A stretch of DNA of 64,000 bases from Ignavibacteriaceae bacterium (GTDB taxonomy: Bacteria; Bacteroidota; Ignavibacteria; Ignavibacteriales; Ignavibacteriaceae). Where the stretch lies: NCBI GenBank assembly GCA_031292455.1, contig JARLHC010000056.1:49084-113083 (forward strand). The letters are read 5' to 3'. Of the stretch, positions 54,648-64,000 are shown piece by piece. The position numbers and the translations under genes were made by a program. The notes beneath the pieces were generated by a model, which saw only the letters and a program-made list of their open reading frames with translations, was not told the DNA's origin and did no database searches. How positions within the stretch are numbered: position 1 is the first letter of the stretch; each line of letters begins with the position of its first letter.

Positions 54648-55910
54648 ATGAAATCTTTTATTATCAAGATATTTCCATTTGCAAAGAAGATTCTACTTGA
54701 GTCTCAATATGTATTTTATATAAACCTTCTTGAGAAAATAGTATTCTTCGTGTTTTTTCTTATTCTTGCAAGGGAGCTTGATAAGACAAATTATGGACTA
54801 ATAGCAACTGTATTTGCGTTCACAGGAATATTGAATAGTGTATTTGATTTAGGGTTCGCATATTATTTTCAGCGGGAAGCAGTAGTACCGGATATAAAAC
54901 AGAAACTGGAAACGGCAATATCCTTTCGCATAATGCTGATGGTGGTATTTGTTATCGTGATGTTTGTTTACCTGTATCTTAACCTATCGATAGATCCTAT
55001 AATAATCGGGATTGTAGGACTTCTTACATACCTGAGCGGGTTTAATTTTATATTAAACTCAGTCTTATATGGTAAAAAAAGATACAAGAAGAGCTTCAAG
55101 GGATTTTTCTTCAGCAGAGTAATATTCGGTGTGCTGATAGTTACATTTTATCTATTGAAAGTTCAACACTACCTAATCCTCCTGTCCCTCCTGATAGCGG
55201 TAATATTTCATCTTGGGATATTATATAAATACCTGAAGGAAGAAAAACTCAGTCTGCATTTACATTTTGATATTGCTGTATTGAAGAAAATATTATTTTC
55301 TTCCGTACCAATAGGAATGGGTGTAATATTTGTACTTATATATGATCGAATGGACGTACTTATAATTGAAAGAGCGATAAGCTTTGAAGCAGTTGCCATT
55401 TATTCGATAGCGTACTCACTTTATAAAATACCTACAATAATCTGTAATGTCATTTTGACCCCTGTTTATACAGACCTGAGCAAATCATTTTCATTAAGTG
55501 AAAAGGTAGAGTTACATGAGATACTACTTGTATCCCTCTTACTTATGGTTATTGCTGTTTCTGCTATTATCTTTGTCAGTTTGTTCGGGGAGAAGATCAT
55601 CCTATTTTTTTACAGCAACAAATATGCTTTATCGATACCTTACCTTAAATACCTGGTATTTGCTTTACCGGGTTTATTTCTGAACAACCTAACCGGAGTT
55701 ATTTCCAATTCCATAAGGAAGGAGAAAATTCCTATGATCAGTACCGGTTTAGGTGCAATCATTCATGTATCAATTAACATTATTTTAATAAGGATATACG
55801 GATTATGGGGTGCTGTAATAGCAACTATTATCAGCGAATATCTCGTATTCCTTATTCAATTAGCACTCCTTGTAAAGCACAACTTCAGATACAGGTTTTT
55901 GACTAACTGA
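54648..55910 (+). CDS. Oligosaccharide flippase (Wzx-like, MOP superfamily)
   Basis: 420 aa with about 12 hydrophobic helices. It leads a glycosyltransferase cluster. Confidence 0.7.
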   Translation: MKSFIIKIFPFAKKILLESQYVFYINLLEKIVFFVFFLILARELDKTNYGLIATVFAFTGILNSVFDLGFAYYFQREAVVPDIKQKLETAISFRIMLMVVFVIVMFVYLYLNLSIDPIIIGIVGLLTYLSGFNFILNSVLYGKKRYKKSFKGFFFSRVIFGVLIVTFYLLKVQHYLILLSLLIAVIFHLGILYKYLKEEKLSLHLHFDIAVLKKILFSSVPIGMGVIFVLIYDRMDVLIIERAISFEAVAIYSIAYSLYKIPTIICNVILTPVYTDLSKSFSLSEKVELHEILLVSLLLMVIAVSAIIFVSLFGEKIILFFYSNKYALSIPYLKYLVFALPGLFLNNLTGVISNSIRKEKIPMISTGLGAIIHVSINIILIRIYGLWGAVIATIISEYLVFLIQLALLVKHNFRYRFLTN

Positions 55911-55937
55911 AATGCAACATAATATTAAGTAATAATA

Positions 55938-57041
55938 ATGAAAGTACTATTTCTTGGCAACTATGAAAAAGGAGAGGTTTTGCAGGCCCCCACGATAGTT
56001 GCGAAGTCATTATTTAATAAATTTTCGGAATTAAATCATCAGGCGATTTATGTATGCTATTTCCAGGACGGTTCAAAGTACAGCCGTTTTCAAAAGCTAT
56101 TCGGAAAGGAAACAGTAGATGATAATGTATTCAGATGCGGAATATTCCGGCTTTTAGGTTTAGTGTTTAAATACAAGCCAGATATAATCCATTTATCAAC
56201 TCTTGAAATGTTTTATGTAGTATTATTTCCGCTTAAATTTCTGATAAAGGCGAAAATTATATACACTGTGCATGGTCTGGCTTCTTATGAATATAAACAT
56301 TATGTAATTAAAACAAGGTTTTTGAAATTAAGAGCCATTCTTAATGAATATATAGTTATTCACAATGCAGACTATATATTTACGTTATCTGAACGAATAT
56401 CGAGATTCATACACCTGTTTTTCAAAATAAAGAGGGATAAAATTCTATTATTTAAAAATGGAATTACCATATACCCAGGAATTATAAAGAATTATACAGA
56501 GCAAATCAGCACAGTAAAAATCATCACTGTCGGCGGTATAGACAGAGAGGAGAAGGGATATGGATTCCTGCTTGAGTCGCTTTCGTTGATGAAATGTCAG
56601 ATTGAATTGACGATTATTTCTTCAGTAAACACGGGTAATAAGATTTTTCATAAGCTTTCAGACAACATACGACTGAAGATAACAGGTCCGCTTGATAATA
56701 AAACATTACGTCAGGAAATGGTGAATAATGATATATATATAGCCGCTGCTAAATATGAAACATTCAGTATAACGCTGCTTGAAAGTATGAATGCAGGGCT
56801 TCTGTTTATTACTACAAACAGAGTCGGTTTGACAGATCATTTCCCGAAAGATTTTAATCAGTTTGTTGTTAATTACTGGAATAAGGAAGAGCTGGCAAAG
56901 AGATTAACAAGACTTATTGAATTGCCATTGCAAGAAAAAAGAGAGTTAAGCGGGAAAATACATGATTTCTCTCTTGGGTTTAGATGGGAGAAAGTAATCC
57001 TGGAATTAGAAAACAAATATTCCCAAATACTGCATGAATAA
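55938..57041 (+). CDS. Glycosyltransferase family 4 (GT-B, RfaB-like)
   Basis: C-terminal E-x7-E region AAAKYETFSITLLESMNAGL. Confidence 0.8.
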   Translation: MKVLFLGNYEKGEVLQAPTIVAKSLFNKFSELNHQAIYVCYFQDGSKYSRFQKLFGKETVDDNVFRCGIFRLLGLVFKYKPDIIHLSTLEMFYVVLFPLKFLIKAKIIYTVHGLASYEYKHYVIKTRFLKLRAILNEYIVIHNADYIFTLSERISRFIHLFFKIKRDKILLFKNGITIYPGIIKNYTEQISTVKIITVGGIDREEKGYGFLLESLSLMKCQIELTIISSVNTGNKIFHKLSDNIRLKITGPLDNKTLRQEMVNNDIYIAAAKYETFSITLLESMNAGLLFITTNRVGLTDHFPKDFNQFVVNYWNKEELAKRLTRLIELPLQEKRELSGKIHDFSLGFRWEKVILELENKYSQILHE

Positions 57042-58005
57042 TGATCTGATTTCAGTAATAATACCTGTATATAATGCCGAAAGATATCTTGTAAAGAGTA
57101 TAAGAAGCATTTTAAATCAGACCTATAAAAATTTAGAGGTTATAATTATTAATGACGGTTCTACGGATTCATCAAGATTGATAATAAAGAATATTCATGA
57201 TGAAAGGATAAGATTTTTTGAACGCTCGCACCAGGGTCTGATATCACAGCTTAATTTTGGGTTAAGCGCTGCATCAGGCAATTTTATTGCAAGGATGGAT
57301 GCAGATGATATTGGTGATTTAGACCGGTTGAATATTCAGATGGCTTTTCTAAAAAATAATCCCGGTATTCAGCTGGTCAGCACAAACTATAACCACATTG
57401 ATCAGAATGGTAAAACCCTCTTTAATAAGGAACTGCCGGAAAATCATGGCGATATAGAATACATGATGCCCATCCTTAACTCAATCTGTCATGCAGGAAT
57501 GTTAACTTATAAGACTGCTATGTTTAATTCAGGAGCATACAGTGAGAAGTACTTATTTGTAGAAGATCAGGATCTATTTTTAAGAATGATATCCAGTGGA
57601 ATAAAGATGCATAATATCCAGAAGTTTCTTTATTCATACAGGTATGAGAAAAAAAAATTATCCAGAGCAAACAGAGAAATATTATTAAAAAACAGATACC
57701 AACTGGGAAGCGAATATCTAAATAAGTATTATAAAGATTCCAAGACAGAAAATTATGATTATAATTTCAGATATGGTTTGGTGGAATATTACAGTGGCAA
57801 TATAGATTCTGCCAGAAAGTATTTTCTGAGAGCATTAGGAATAAAGCATGCCAATAAAAAATCGTTATATAGATTTTTAGCACCTTCATTACTTGGGGAT
57901 CCAATCATGAAATTCTTAAGGAATCATAATATCCTTTCGGGCATGAGCGACATAATGAATAAGTTTGGCAGGGATTATCATATGGTTGCAAAAAATGAAA
58001 AGTAA
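57034..58005 (+). CDS. Glycosyltransferase family 2
   Basis: ISVIIPVYNAERYL, INDGSTDSS and the DxD motif ARMDADDI. Confidence 0.88.
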   Translation: MNNDLISVIIPVYNAERYLVKSIRSILNQTYKNLEVIIINDGSTDSSRLIIKNIHDERIRFFERSHQGLISQLNFGLSAASGNFIARMDADDIGDLDRLNIQMAFLKNNPGIQLVSTNYNHIDQNGKTLFNKELPENHGDIEYMMPILNSICHAGMLTYKTAMFNSGAYSEKYLFVEDQDLFLRMISSGIKMHNIQKFLYSYRYEKKKLSRANREILLKNRYQLGSEYLNKYYKDSKTENYDYNFRYGLVEYYSGNIDSARKYFLRALGIKHANKKSLYRFLAPSLLGDPIMKFLRNHNILSGMSDIMNKFGRDYHMVAKNEK

Positions 58006-59122
58006 TAGTTTCATTAAACGGATTGCCATATTATTAAGCAATCTTTTATCTTTATTAATTACTTCAATTTACGGCATACGCAAAGCGGATAGCTTTAATA
58101 ACAGTATACTTATCATCAACACAGAAAAGCTGGGGGATATAATTCTAGCTGTCGATTTTTTATTATCCTTACGGAATGCGAACAGATATCTGAATTATGA
58201 ATTATTGATACCAGAAAAATTCAGCAGCCTGTTTGACTGGAATGAGCTTAAGTATAATCCTGTAACAATAAATAAATATAAATACAGATATAATTTGTTG
58301 TACAGGCTTAACATGATTAAACATGTAAGGCAGAAGAGGTATTTACGAGTTATTAATATAACCCAGGAGAGGGGAATGATTAATGAGGAATTAACACTTC
58401 TTTCAGGAGCTGAAAATACGACTGCCATGAAGGGGAGTTCACTTTACCTTCCTGATATTATATTAGAAAGGAACAATAAGCATTATACTGAGATACTTGA
58501 TTCTCCATATCCCAATGAATATAAGAGGTTATCGTATTATTTAGAGGAGAATAATATCAGTCCTGCGGCCAATGATAAAATATTCGGAGATAATACAGTA
58601 TCTCTCAACTCAATAAACAGTCATTTAAAGGAAAAGAATTATATTATTATTGCTCCTATGTCATCAGAGATGGAAAGAAGCTGGGGGATAGATAATTACA
58701 GACAACTGGCATCACTAATAAAAGGGGAAATCGTTCTTATCGGGAATGCAGAAGAAAGGCAGCAGTTAGACTCATTTCCATCTGCGGGAGAAAATATAAT
58801 AAATTTAGCAGGTGAATTAAGCTATAATCAAATAGCATTTTTAATAAAGAACTGTTTATCATTTATAGGGAATGATTCCGGATTAACCCATATGGCGCAT
58901 CAACTGAGAGCACCTTTAATAGCTATTATAGGGGGGGGCAAATATGGGAAATTTTTTCCTTATAAAGAGCGCAGGGATGCTATCTTTTTATTCCATCTAA
59001 TGGATTGTTTCGGATGTGACTGGAACTGCATCCACGATAAGAAATACTGCCTGGTTAATGTAACTCCCGAATCGGTTTATAATAAAATAATCTCCTTAAA
59101 GGAACAGCTCAATGAAAATTGA
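57995..59122 (+). CDS. Glycosyltransferase family 9 (heptosyltransferase-like)
   Basis: ERSWGIDNYRQL...LIGNAEE...NLAGELSYNQIAFLIKNCLSFIGNDSGLTHMA...PLIAIIGG, plus a C-terminal Cys cluster CFGCDWNCIHDKKYC. I prefer the ATG at 57995 to the listed TTG at 57965. Confidence 0.75.
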   Translation: MKSNSFIKRIAILLSNLLSLLITSIYGIRKADSFNNSILIINTEKLGDIILAVDFLLSLRNANRYLNYELLIPEKFSSLFDWNELKYNPVTINKYKYRYNLLYRLNMIKHVRQKRYLRVINITQERGMINEELTLLSGAENTTAMKGSSLYLPDIILERNNKHYTEILDSPYPNEYKRLSYYLEENNISPAANDKIFGDNTVSLNSINSHLKEKNYIIIAPMSSEMERSWGIDNYRQLASLIKGEIVLIGNAEERQQLDSFPSAGENIINLAGELSYNQIAFLIKNCLSFIGNDSGLTHMAHQLRAPLIAIIGGGKYGKFFPYKERRDAIFLFHLMDCFGCDWNCIHDKKYCLVNVTPESVYNKIISLKEQLNEN

Positions 59123-59819
59123 TAAAGGATCTCCCATTGAGTATGATAAAGGAGGGCTTTATAAAAGACTTGAGAAGCTGAATAATATTTTTCCTATTAA
59201 ATATAATACAGGTGTAGATTTTGGCGCCGGTAAGGGGGCATATTCATTATCCCTATCAGATAAAATTAAATCGCTTATTGCGTTTGATGTTAACAAGGAG
59301 AATTTAACAGAGATCAGAAATCATCCCAGGGGTAACAATATTAAATTGGTTATTACTTCGGGTTCAACAACCTGCTTTAAAGATAATTCATTTGAATCTT
59401 TATTTGCAATTGAGGTATTAGAACATTTAGAGGATATGGATGCAGGTATCAGGGAGATAAAGAGGATTTTAACCAGAAAGGGGACGGCATACATAACAGT
59501 CCCGAATAAATATTTCCCGCTTGAAACTCATCATGTATATTTATTTAACAGGATGGTAGATGGAAGATTTATTCCATTTCTATCAATGTTTGATTTTATA
59601 CATAATAAAATAGGGTCGGCAAGAAGATTTTCAATTAAGTCATTATCCAGTTATTTTGAGAAAGAGGGGTTTGTTTTACTGGGTTATGATTATCTGATGC
59701 CTCCGTTTGATAATTTTAAGTCAGGCAGGGTGATAATAAAGCCAATTACTGAGATTCTTGAGAAGTCATTTCTAAAATTTCTGAGTTCAAATCTTGTTGC
59801 AGTATTCAGGAAAGTTTAG
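59112..59819 (+). CDS. Class I SAM-dependent methyltransferase
   Basis: Motif I VDFGAGKGAYS and post-I AFDV, followed by FAIEVLEHL. Confidence 0.8.
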   Translation: MKIDKGSPIEYDKGGLYKRLEKLNNIFPIKYNTGVDFGAGKGAYSLSLSDKIKSLIAFDVNKENLTEIRNHPRGNNIKLVITSGSTTCFKDNSFESLFAIEVLEHLEDMDAGIREIKRILTRKGTAYITVPNKYFPLETHHVYLFNRMVDGRFIPFLSMFDFIHNKIGSARRFSIKSLSSYFEKEGFVLLGYDYLMPPFDNFKSGRVIIKPITEILEKSFLKFLSSNLVAVFRKV

Positions 59820-60864
59820 GTTCAAGGAGTTCACAATATAATGCCTCATATTTTTTATTCATCAATTCAAGGGAAAACTCATCTTTAACTTTATTAAGAG
59901 CATTATCCAGGATTGATGAATAACTATCATAATTAGTAATGACTTCCTTTAGTTTACGAGCAATTGAGACAGGATCGAGGGAATCCAACATCACACCTGT
60001 CTGTCTGTCCCTCAAAAAATCCTTTATCCCGCCGGCGCCGGTAGATACAATAAGTATCTTACGGGCGGCAGCTTCAAGGATTGAAAGAGGGAGCCCTTCG
60101 TTAAGCCATGTAGGCAATACAAGTATATTGATATCATGATAAATTTCCTCCACATCGGAAGCGGGAGGGGGAATAGACACAATTGCAGATAAATTATAAT
60201 GTTTGATATATGAGGTTATCTTTGTTAAATCTCCCTGACCTTTAATAATGAGTTTAAAGCCGAGATTTTCTGAAGAAAGTATTTTGACTGATTCGAGAAG
60301 ATTAAATATTCCTTTTTCATTGATCAAGCGTCCAATGAATCCCAGAGTGATTGTCCCGTTCCGGGTATTATAAATTTCAGGAACTTTAACGCCGAGGTTT
60401 ATCTGAGAGATCTTATTCTTTTTTATAAATGAATAGCTTCTGAGATTATCAAGGATTGAAGTAGAGACTGCGGCGGCATGATCGGGGTAGATACATTTCT
60501 GGAACAGATCTGTAAACACATTATGAGCTGTATATAAAAGAATAAACTTCTTTTGGGGAATAAACTGAAGGAGGAAAGTGAATATTCTATGCTGGCAATG
60601 GACTATTGAATAATCATCATCTTTCAGTATTTGGCTGAGCTCCTTATAGAGAGATATAAAATTTTTTATTTCGGGAGGAGTTTTCAGTTTTATATGTTTT
60701 ATCCCGGATTGTTCCAATTTATCTGTAAATATGCCTCCTGCAGAAGCAACAGTAACAGAGGCGGTTTTATCTTTAAAGTAATTAGCTAAATTGAAAGTAA
60801 ATCTTTCTGCTCCCCCAATATCCATTGTTTTAATAACATAAAGAATTTTGCTTTGTTTAAGCAT
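59806..60864 (-). CDS. Glycosyltransferase family 4
   Basis: IGGAERF at the N-terminus and the E-x7-E region WLNEGLPLSILEAAA. Confidence 0.85.
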   Translation of the reverse strand: MLKQSKILYVIKTMDIGGAERFTFNLANYFKDKTASVTVASAGGIFTDKLEQSGIKHIKLKTPPEIKNFISLYKELSQILKDDDYSIVHCQHRIFTFLLQFIPQKKFILLYTAHNVFTDLFQKCIYPDHAAAVSTSILDNLRSYSFIKKNKISQINLGVKVPEIYNTRNGTITLGFIGRLINEKGIFNLLESVKILSSENLGFKLIIKGQGDLTKITSYIKHYNLSAIVSIPPPASDVEEIYHDINILVLPTWLNEGLPLSILEAAARKILIVSTGAGGIKDFLRDRQTGVMLDSLDPVSIARKLKEVITNYDSYSSILDNALNKVKDEFSLELMNKKYEALYCELLEPKLS

Positions 60865-61621
60865 TAATCTCTTTTTTCAGCATTATCTGGAATGTTTTTT
60901 TAATAAAGAAAGGAATACCATGAACGATGTATCTTTTTGAAAGTCTTCTTGGTTCCTGAAGAACTCTCCAAGCCCACTCAAGAGATAATCTTTGAAGCAA
61001 CATAGGGCTTCTTCTTTTAAAGCCAGTATAGAAATCGAACACAGCCCCGACACCCACATTCAATTTAGAACCGATTTGATCCTTATGTTTATTAAGCCAC
61101 AATTCCTGCCTGGGATTTCCGAGAGCGAGCAAAAGGATATCCGGTTGAGAGCTTACCAATTGCTGAAGGACCTTATTATTCTCTTCCTCATTTAATTCGA
61201 AATTCAGGGAAGGGCTGATAGCGGCAACTATGCTGCAACCGGGATGATCTTTAGTGACTTTATCAGTCAGCATTTTAATTACTTTAGAAGTTGAGCCAAC
61301 AAAGGCAATTTTAAGGGGGTGTTCATCGGAGATACTTAAAATAAGTTCGAAAAGATCATTACCCGTAATACGTTTTAACCACTTATTATATTTTAATTTA
61401 ATAAGATGGATAATGCTTACACCGTCAGGAATTACAAGTTCAGCATTGCGGCAGACAGAATAGAAATCCTTATTAATAGTAGCATTCCTATAAAACTCCA
61501 GATTGAATGTTATAATAAGTTTTGATTTCCTGGGATTAACAAGAGAATTAAGGAGATAGCATCTTAAATCAGTTAAACCTGACGAAAAAATCCGTATACC
61601 GTCTAAATAGTATGAATACAA
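60857..61621 (-). CDS. WecB/TagA/CpsF family glycosyltransferase (GT26)
   Basis: PDGVSIIHL, LALGNPRQELW and GVGAVFDFYTGFKRRSP...LSLEWAWRVLQEPRRLSKRY. The apparent start is a TTG at 61621. Confidence 0.85.
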   Translation of the reverse strand: MYSYYLDGIRIFSSGLTDLRCYLLNSLVNPRKSKLIITFNLEFYRNATINKDFYSVCRNAELVIPDGVSIIHLIKLKYNKWLKRITGNDLFELILSISDEHPLKIAFVGSTSKVIKMLTDKVTKDHPGCSIVAAISPSLNFELNEEENNKVLQQLVSSQPDILLLALGNPRQELWLNKHKDQIGSKLNVGVGAVFDFYTGFKRRSPMLLQRLSLEWAWRVLQEPRRLSKRYIVHGIPFFIKKTFQIMLKKEINA

Positions 61622-61684
61622 AAATTTTAGTTATTATTTATAAATATAATCTACTAAATTACAAGAATAAAATTCTGGAAATAG

Positions 61685-64000
61685 ATGAAGAAAATACTTT
61701 TTTTAGGTTTTTTATTAGTTATATGTCCTGTATACCCACAAATAAGTATAAATAATTATCAAGAAACAAATAATTTAATAGAATTTGAATTAAGTCTTTC
61801 TTCAATTCCTCACACCAGTATGGTCAAGGAAGGGGATATAAAAGTAAATTTTAATGATTTTCAGGATGAATCTCTTCCCGGGCAAAATGCACTTCCATCA
61901 AGGGACATAATAATAGCACTTCCTTCATATTCTAAAGTTACTGCCAGTTTAAGTCCAATATCAGTGAACAAAATAAAGGGAAAGCCGGTAATAAATTCAA
62001 CTGTAAGTACAACTGATAACAAATCGGTAATCTATAAAGAGACCCCTGCTATTGTGGGCAGTTTACCAAAGAACTCTGTTGAAATCAAAGGGTATCTATG
62101 GTTCAGGGGTTATTATTGTGTACATCTGAAGATAAACCAGTATGCATCCAACAATGATATAATAGAAGAACTGCAGAAGGTGAAAATATCCTTAAAATTA
62201 GACACACCCGGAAAAAATAAGGGAGTAGAAATACAAGAGAGACCGGAAGGGAGGGAGTTTTTATCTTCAGTAATACTCAATTATCAAAATGCCAGAGCCC
62301 TGGATAAGAATTATTATGAGCCACAGGGGACTAATTCCTCATGGATCGATTATTCACTAACGTATTTAAAGTTAGGGACAAATGCGGACGGCATATACAG
62401 GATAACCAGGCAGGACCTGGAAAGTTACGGGATCAATACCACTGCAATTACAATAAATACATATAAGATGTATTCTAAAGGGATCCAGGTTCCGATTATA
62501 GAAGTAGACTCATCAGGAGAGCTGAAATATATAGAGTTCTTTGGCAGGAGGAATTGGGGGGATAATTACAGGGATACAAGCGGACCTAATCAACCATATA
62601 AGGAGTACTTAAACAGATATTCGGATACAACTATTTACTGGCTGACATGGGGAGCGGATCAAGGGATACCGACGACAGTGCAACAGGGAAATATTGGCAC
62701 GGCGGCAGACACTTTACAATACTACGCCGAGGTAGTACATTATGAGGGGAACCTCTATTTTGATTATTCGATGGCTGACCTTACAGCCAGACAACTGCCG
62801 ATGTGGAAGCAAAACCAGACATGGGTATGGGGTCAGCAAAAGGGAGGGGCAACTTACACATTTCCATTTACAGCAACGGATATATTTCCGGGGAAGACAG
62901 CCCAAGCATTTTATAAAGTCCAGGATTATGCATCCGATATAACATTCAAAGCGCACTTAGTAGGATTAAGCATAAATTCCGATACTACAGTATACAGTTC
63001 AGGTTATTTTAATAAATATGAACAGAAAGTAGTAACTGCTGGATTTAATTCTAATCTTTTATTGCCGGGGGATAATATCTTAAAGGCAACTTCTTATCCC
63101 ACGGGTGCGACAATAGTGAATTCAATAGCTTATGATTGGTACGAAGTAGAATATCCGAGATATCTTAAGGCAATTAATGATTCATTAAGATTCACAATAA
63201 ATGATATACAAGGAAACAGTATAAATGCATTTAAGATAACTAATCTTAGTTCTGCCAATATGGTTTTATATAAATATAACCAGGGGTTGAAGAAGATTAT
63301 CAATTATACCCGCAACGGAGGTCAACTAATATTTAATGATACAGTACAGGCGGGGGACAAATATTACCTGATTAACGAATCAAAGATAGGGTCGCCTTAT
63401 TATTTTTATACCAAGAAATTTAATGATATTTCAAGCTCCAGTAACAGAGCAGATTACATATTAATAACGCATCCGGTTCTTTTAGCAAAGGCAAATGAAT
63501 ATGCTGCATTTATAAGTGAGAACTATGGCCTGGCGACGAAAGTAATTAATGTATACGATATATACGATCAATTTAATTACGGATTCTTTTCACCGGAGCC
63601 GATTAAGGATTTTTTGATTGCCGCAAACAACAACTGGCAGGCTCCGAAGCCATTATACCTTTTCATTGTAGGCGGAGCCACATATGATTACTACGGGAAT
63701 AAAGCAATCAATTTTAACATTCCCAGAGTAATGAACTTTGTTCCTTCATTCGGGGAACCGGTATCGGACAACTGGTTTACGATATGGGATTCGACGTTAA
63801 TACCGCAGATGTATCCGGGAAGGGTACCTGCTGCAAGCTTAGAAGAATTCCAGCATTTTTTTGATAAGCATAAAGCCTACCTAAGCACACCATATGACGA
63901 CTGGAATAAATATTATCTTCTTTTTTCGAGCGGCGACAGTGAGGACGCAAATGAAATAAGTTATCTAAAGCAAACGAATGATGATGTAATAGCAACACTT
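61685..64000 (+). CDS. Peptidase C25 (gingipain/PorU-like) family protein, 3' end beyond window
   Basis: I translated this frame by hand from the ATG at 61685 to base 64000: 772 codons with no stop. It has a signal peptide (MKKILFLGFLLVICPVYPQ), YLKLGTNADGIYRITRQDLESYGI, ADYILITHPVLLAKANEYAAF...VINVYDIYDQFNYGFFSPEPIKDFL and FIVGGATYDYYG...GEPVSDNWF. It is absent from the ORF track because it has no stop in the window. Confidence 0.75.
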   Translation, partial: MKKILFLGFLLVICPVYPQISINNYQETNNLIEFELSLSSIPHTSMVKEGDIKVNFNDFQDESLPGQNALPSRDIIIALPSYSKVTASLSPISVNKIKGKPVINSTVSTTDNKSVIYKETPAIVGSLPKNSVEIKGYLWFRGYYCVHLKINQYASNNDIIEELQKVKISLKLDTPGKNKGVEIQERPEGREFLSSVILNYQNARALDKNYYEPQGTNSSWIDYSLTYLKLGTNADGIYRITRQDLESYGINTTAITINTYKMYSKGIQVPIIEVDSSGELKYIEFFGRRNWGDNYRDTSGPNQPYKEYLNRYSDTTIYWLTWGADQGIPTTVQQGNIGTAADTLQYYAEVVHYEGNLYFDYSMADLTARQLPMWKQNQTWVWGQQKGGATYTFPFTATDIFPGKTAQAFYKVQDYASDITFKAHLVGLSINSDTTVYSSGYFNKYEQKVVTAGFNSNLLLPGDNILKATSYPTGATIVNSIAYDWYEVEYPRYLKAINDSLRFTINDIQGNSINAFKITNLSSANMVLYKYNQGLKKIINYTRNGGQLIFNDTVQAGDKYYLINESKIGSPYYFYTKKFNDISSSSNRADYILITHPVLLAKANEYAAFISENYGLATKVINVYDIYDQFNYGFFSPEPIKDFLIAANNNWQAPKPLYLFIVGGATYDYYGNKAINFNIPRVMNFVPSFGEPVSDNWFTIWDSTLIPQMYPGRVPAASLEEFQHFFDKHKAYLSTPYDDWNKYYLLFSSGDSEDANEISYLKQTNDDVIATL

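Noticed and set aside
62714-63998. Short ORFs 62714-62956(-), 62742-62942(+) and 63777-63998(-)
   Set aside because: They lie inside the long open-ended C25-family frame, which has clear motifs.

Overview
Low-GC bacterial chromosomal segment. Gene content suggests the FCB superphylum (Ignavibacteria/Bacteroidota-like), but I cannot verify that without a search. I see about 60 protein genes and one tRNA. I found no rRNA, CRISPR array, transposase, integrase or phage genes. Gene order: (1) end of the dcw cluster (ftsA cut by the window edge, ftsZ); (2) yihY-like, yajQ, tRNA-Pro(CGG); (3) an OmpA-family protein; (4) FN3 lipoprotein, DUF4783-like protein, a 1277-aa polytopic histidine kinase and a 1174-aa AddA-like helicase-nuclease, the last three with overlapping stop/start codons; (5) amidase, SpmA/B-like membrane protein, 2-hydroxyacid dehydrogenase, alanine dehydrogenase, CoA-transferase, phosphoesterase, GNAT, DUF72; (6) pgsA-pgpA-cinA-thpR-recA-recX; (7) a USP / receiver / NtrC-type activator / PAS-kinase module; (8) a long minus-strand rsgA-menF-menD-menH-menB-menA-menE operon with a divergent hotdog thioesterase; (9) an envelope block: a FadL/PorV-like barrel, two unusual low-complexity lipoproteins, a small barrel, a TM-anchored protein and an ATP-grasp enzyme; (10) a TPR / DUF4292-like / M23 trio; (11) a glycan-assembly cluster (Wzx, GT4, GT2, GT9, methyltransferase, GT4, GT26); (12) a C25/PorU-like peptidase gene running off the 3' edge, absent from the ORF track because it has no stop in the window. 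Best candidates for something undescribed: the lipoprotein-lipoprotein-barrel operon (44981-47964) with its upstream ATP-grasp block; a CTGGCAC-N5-TAGTC sigma-54-like motif found twice in promoter position; an rsgA reading frame that extends about 37 codons upstream of its first ATG with no canonical start codon, directly after a terminator; and the histidine kinase translationally coupled to a helicase-nuclease. All functional calls rest on motifs I recognise in the translations. No database search was run.
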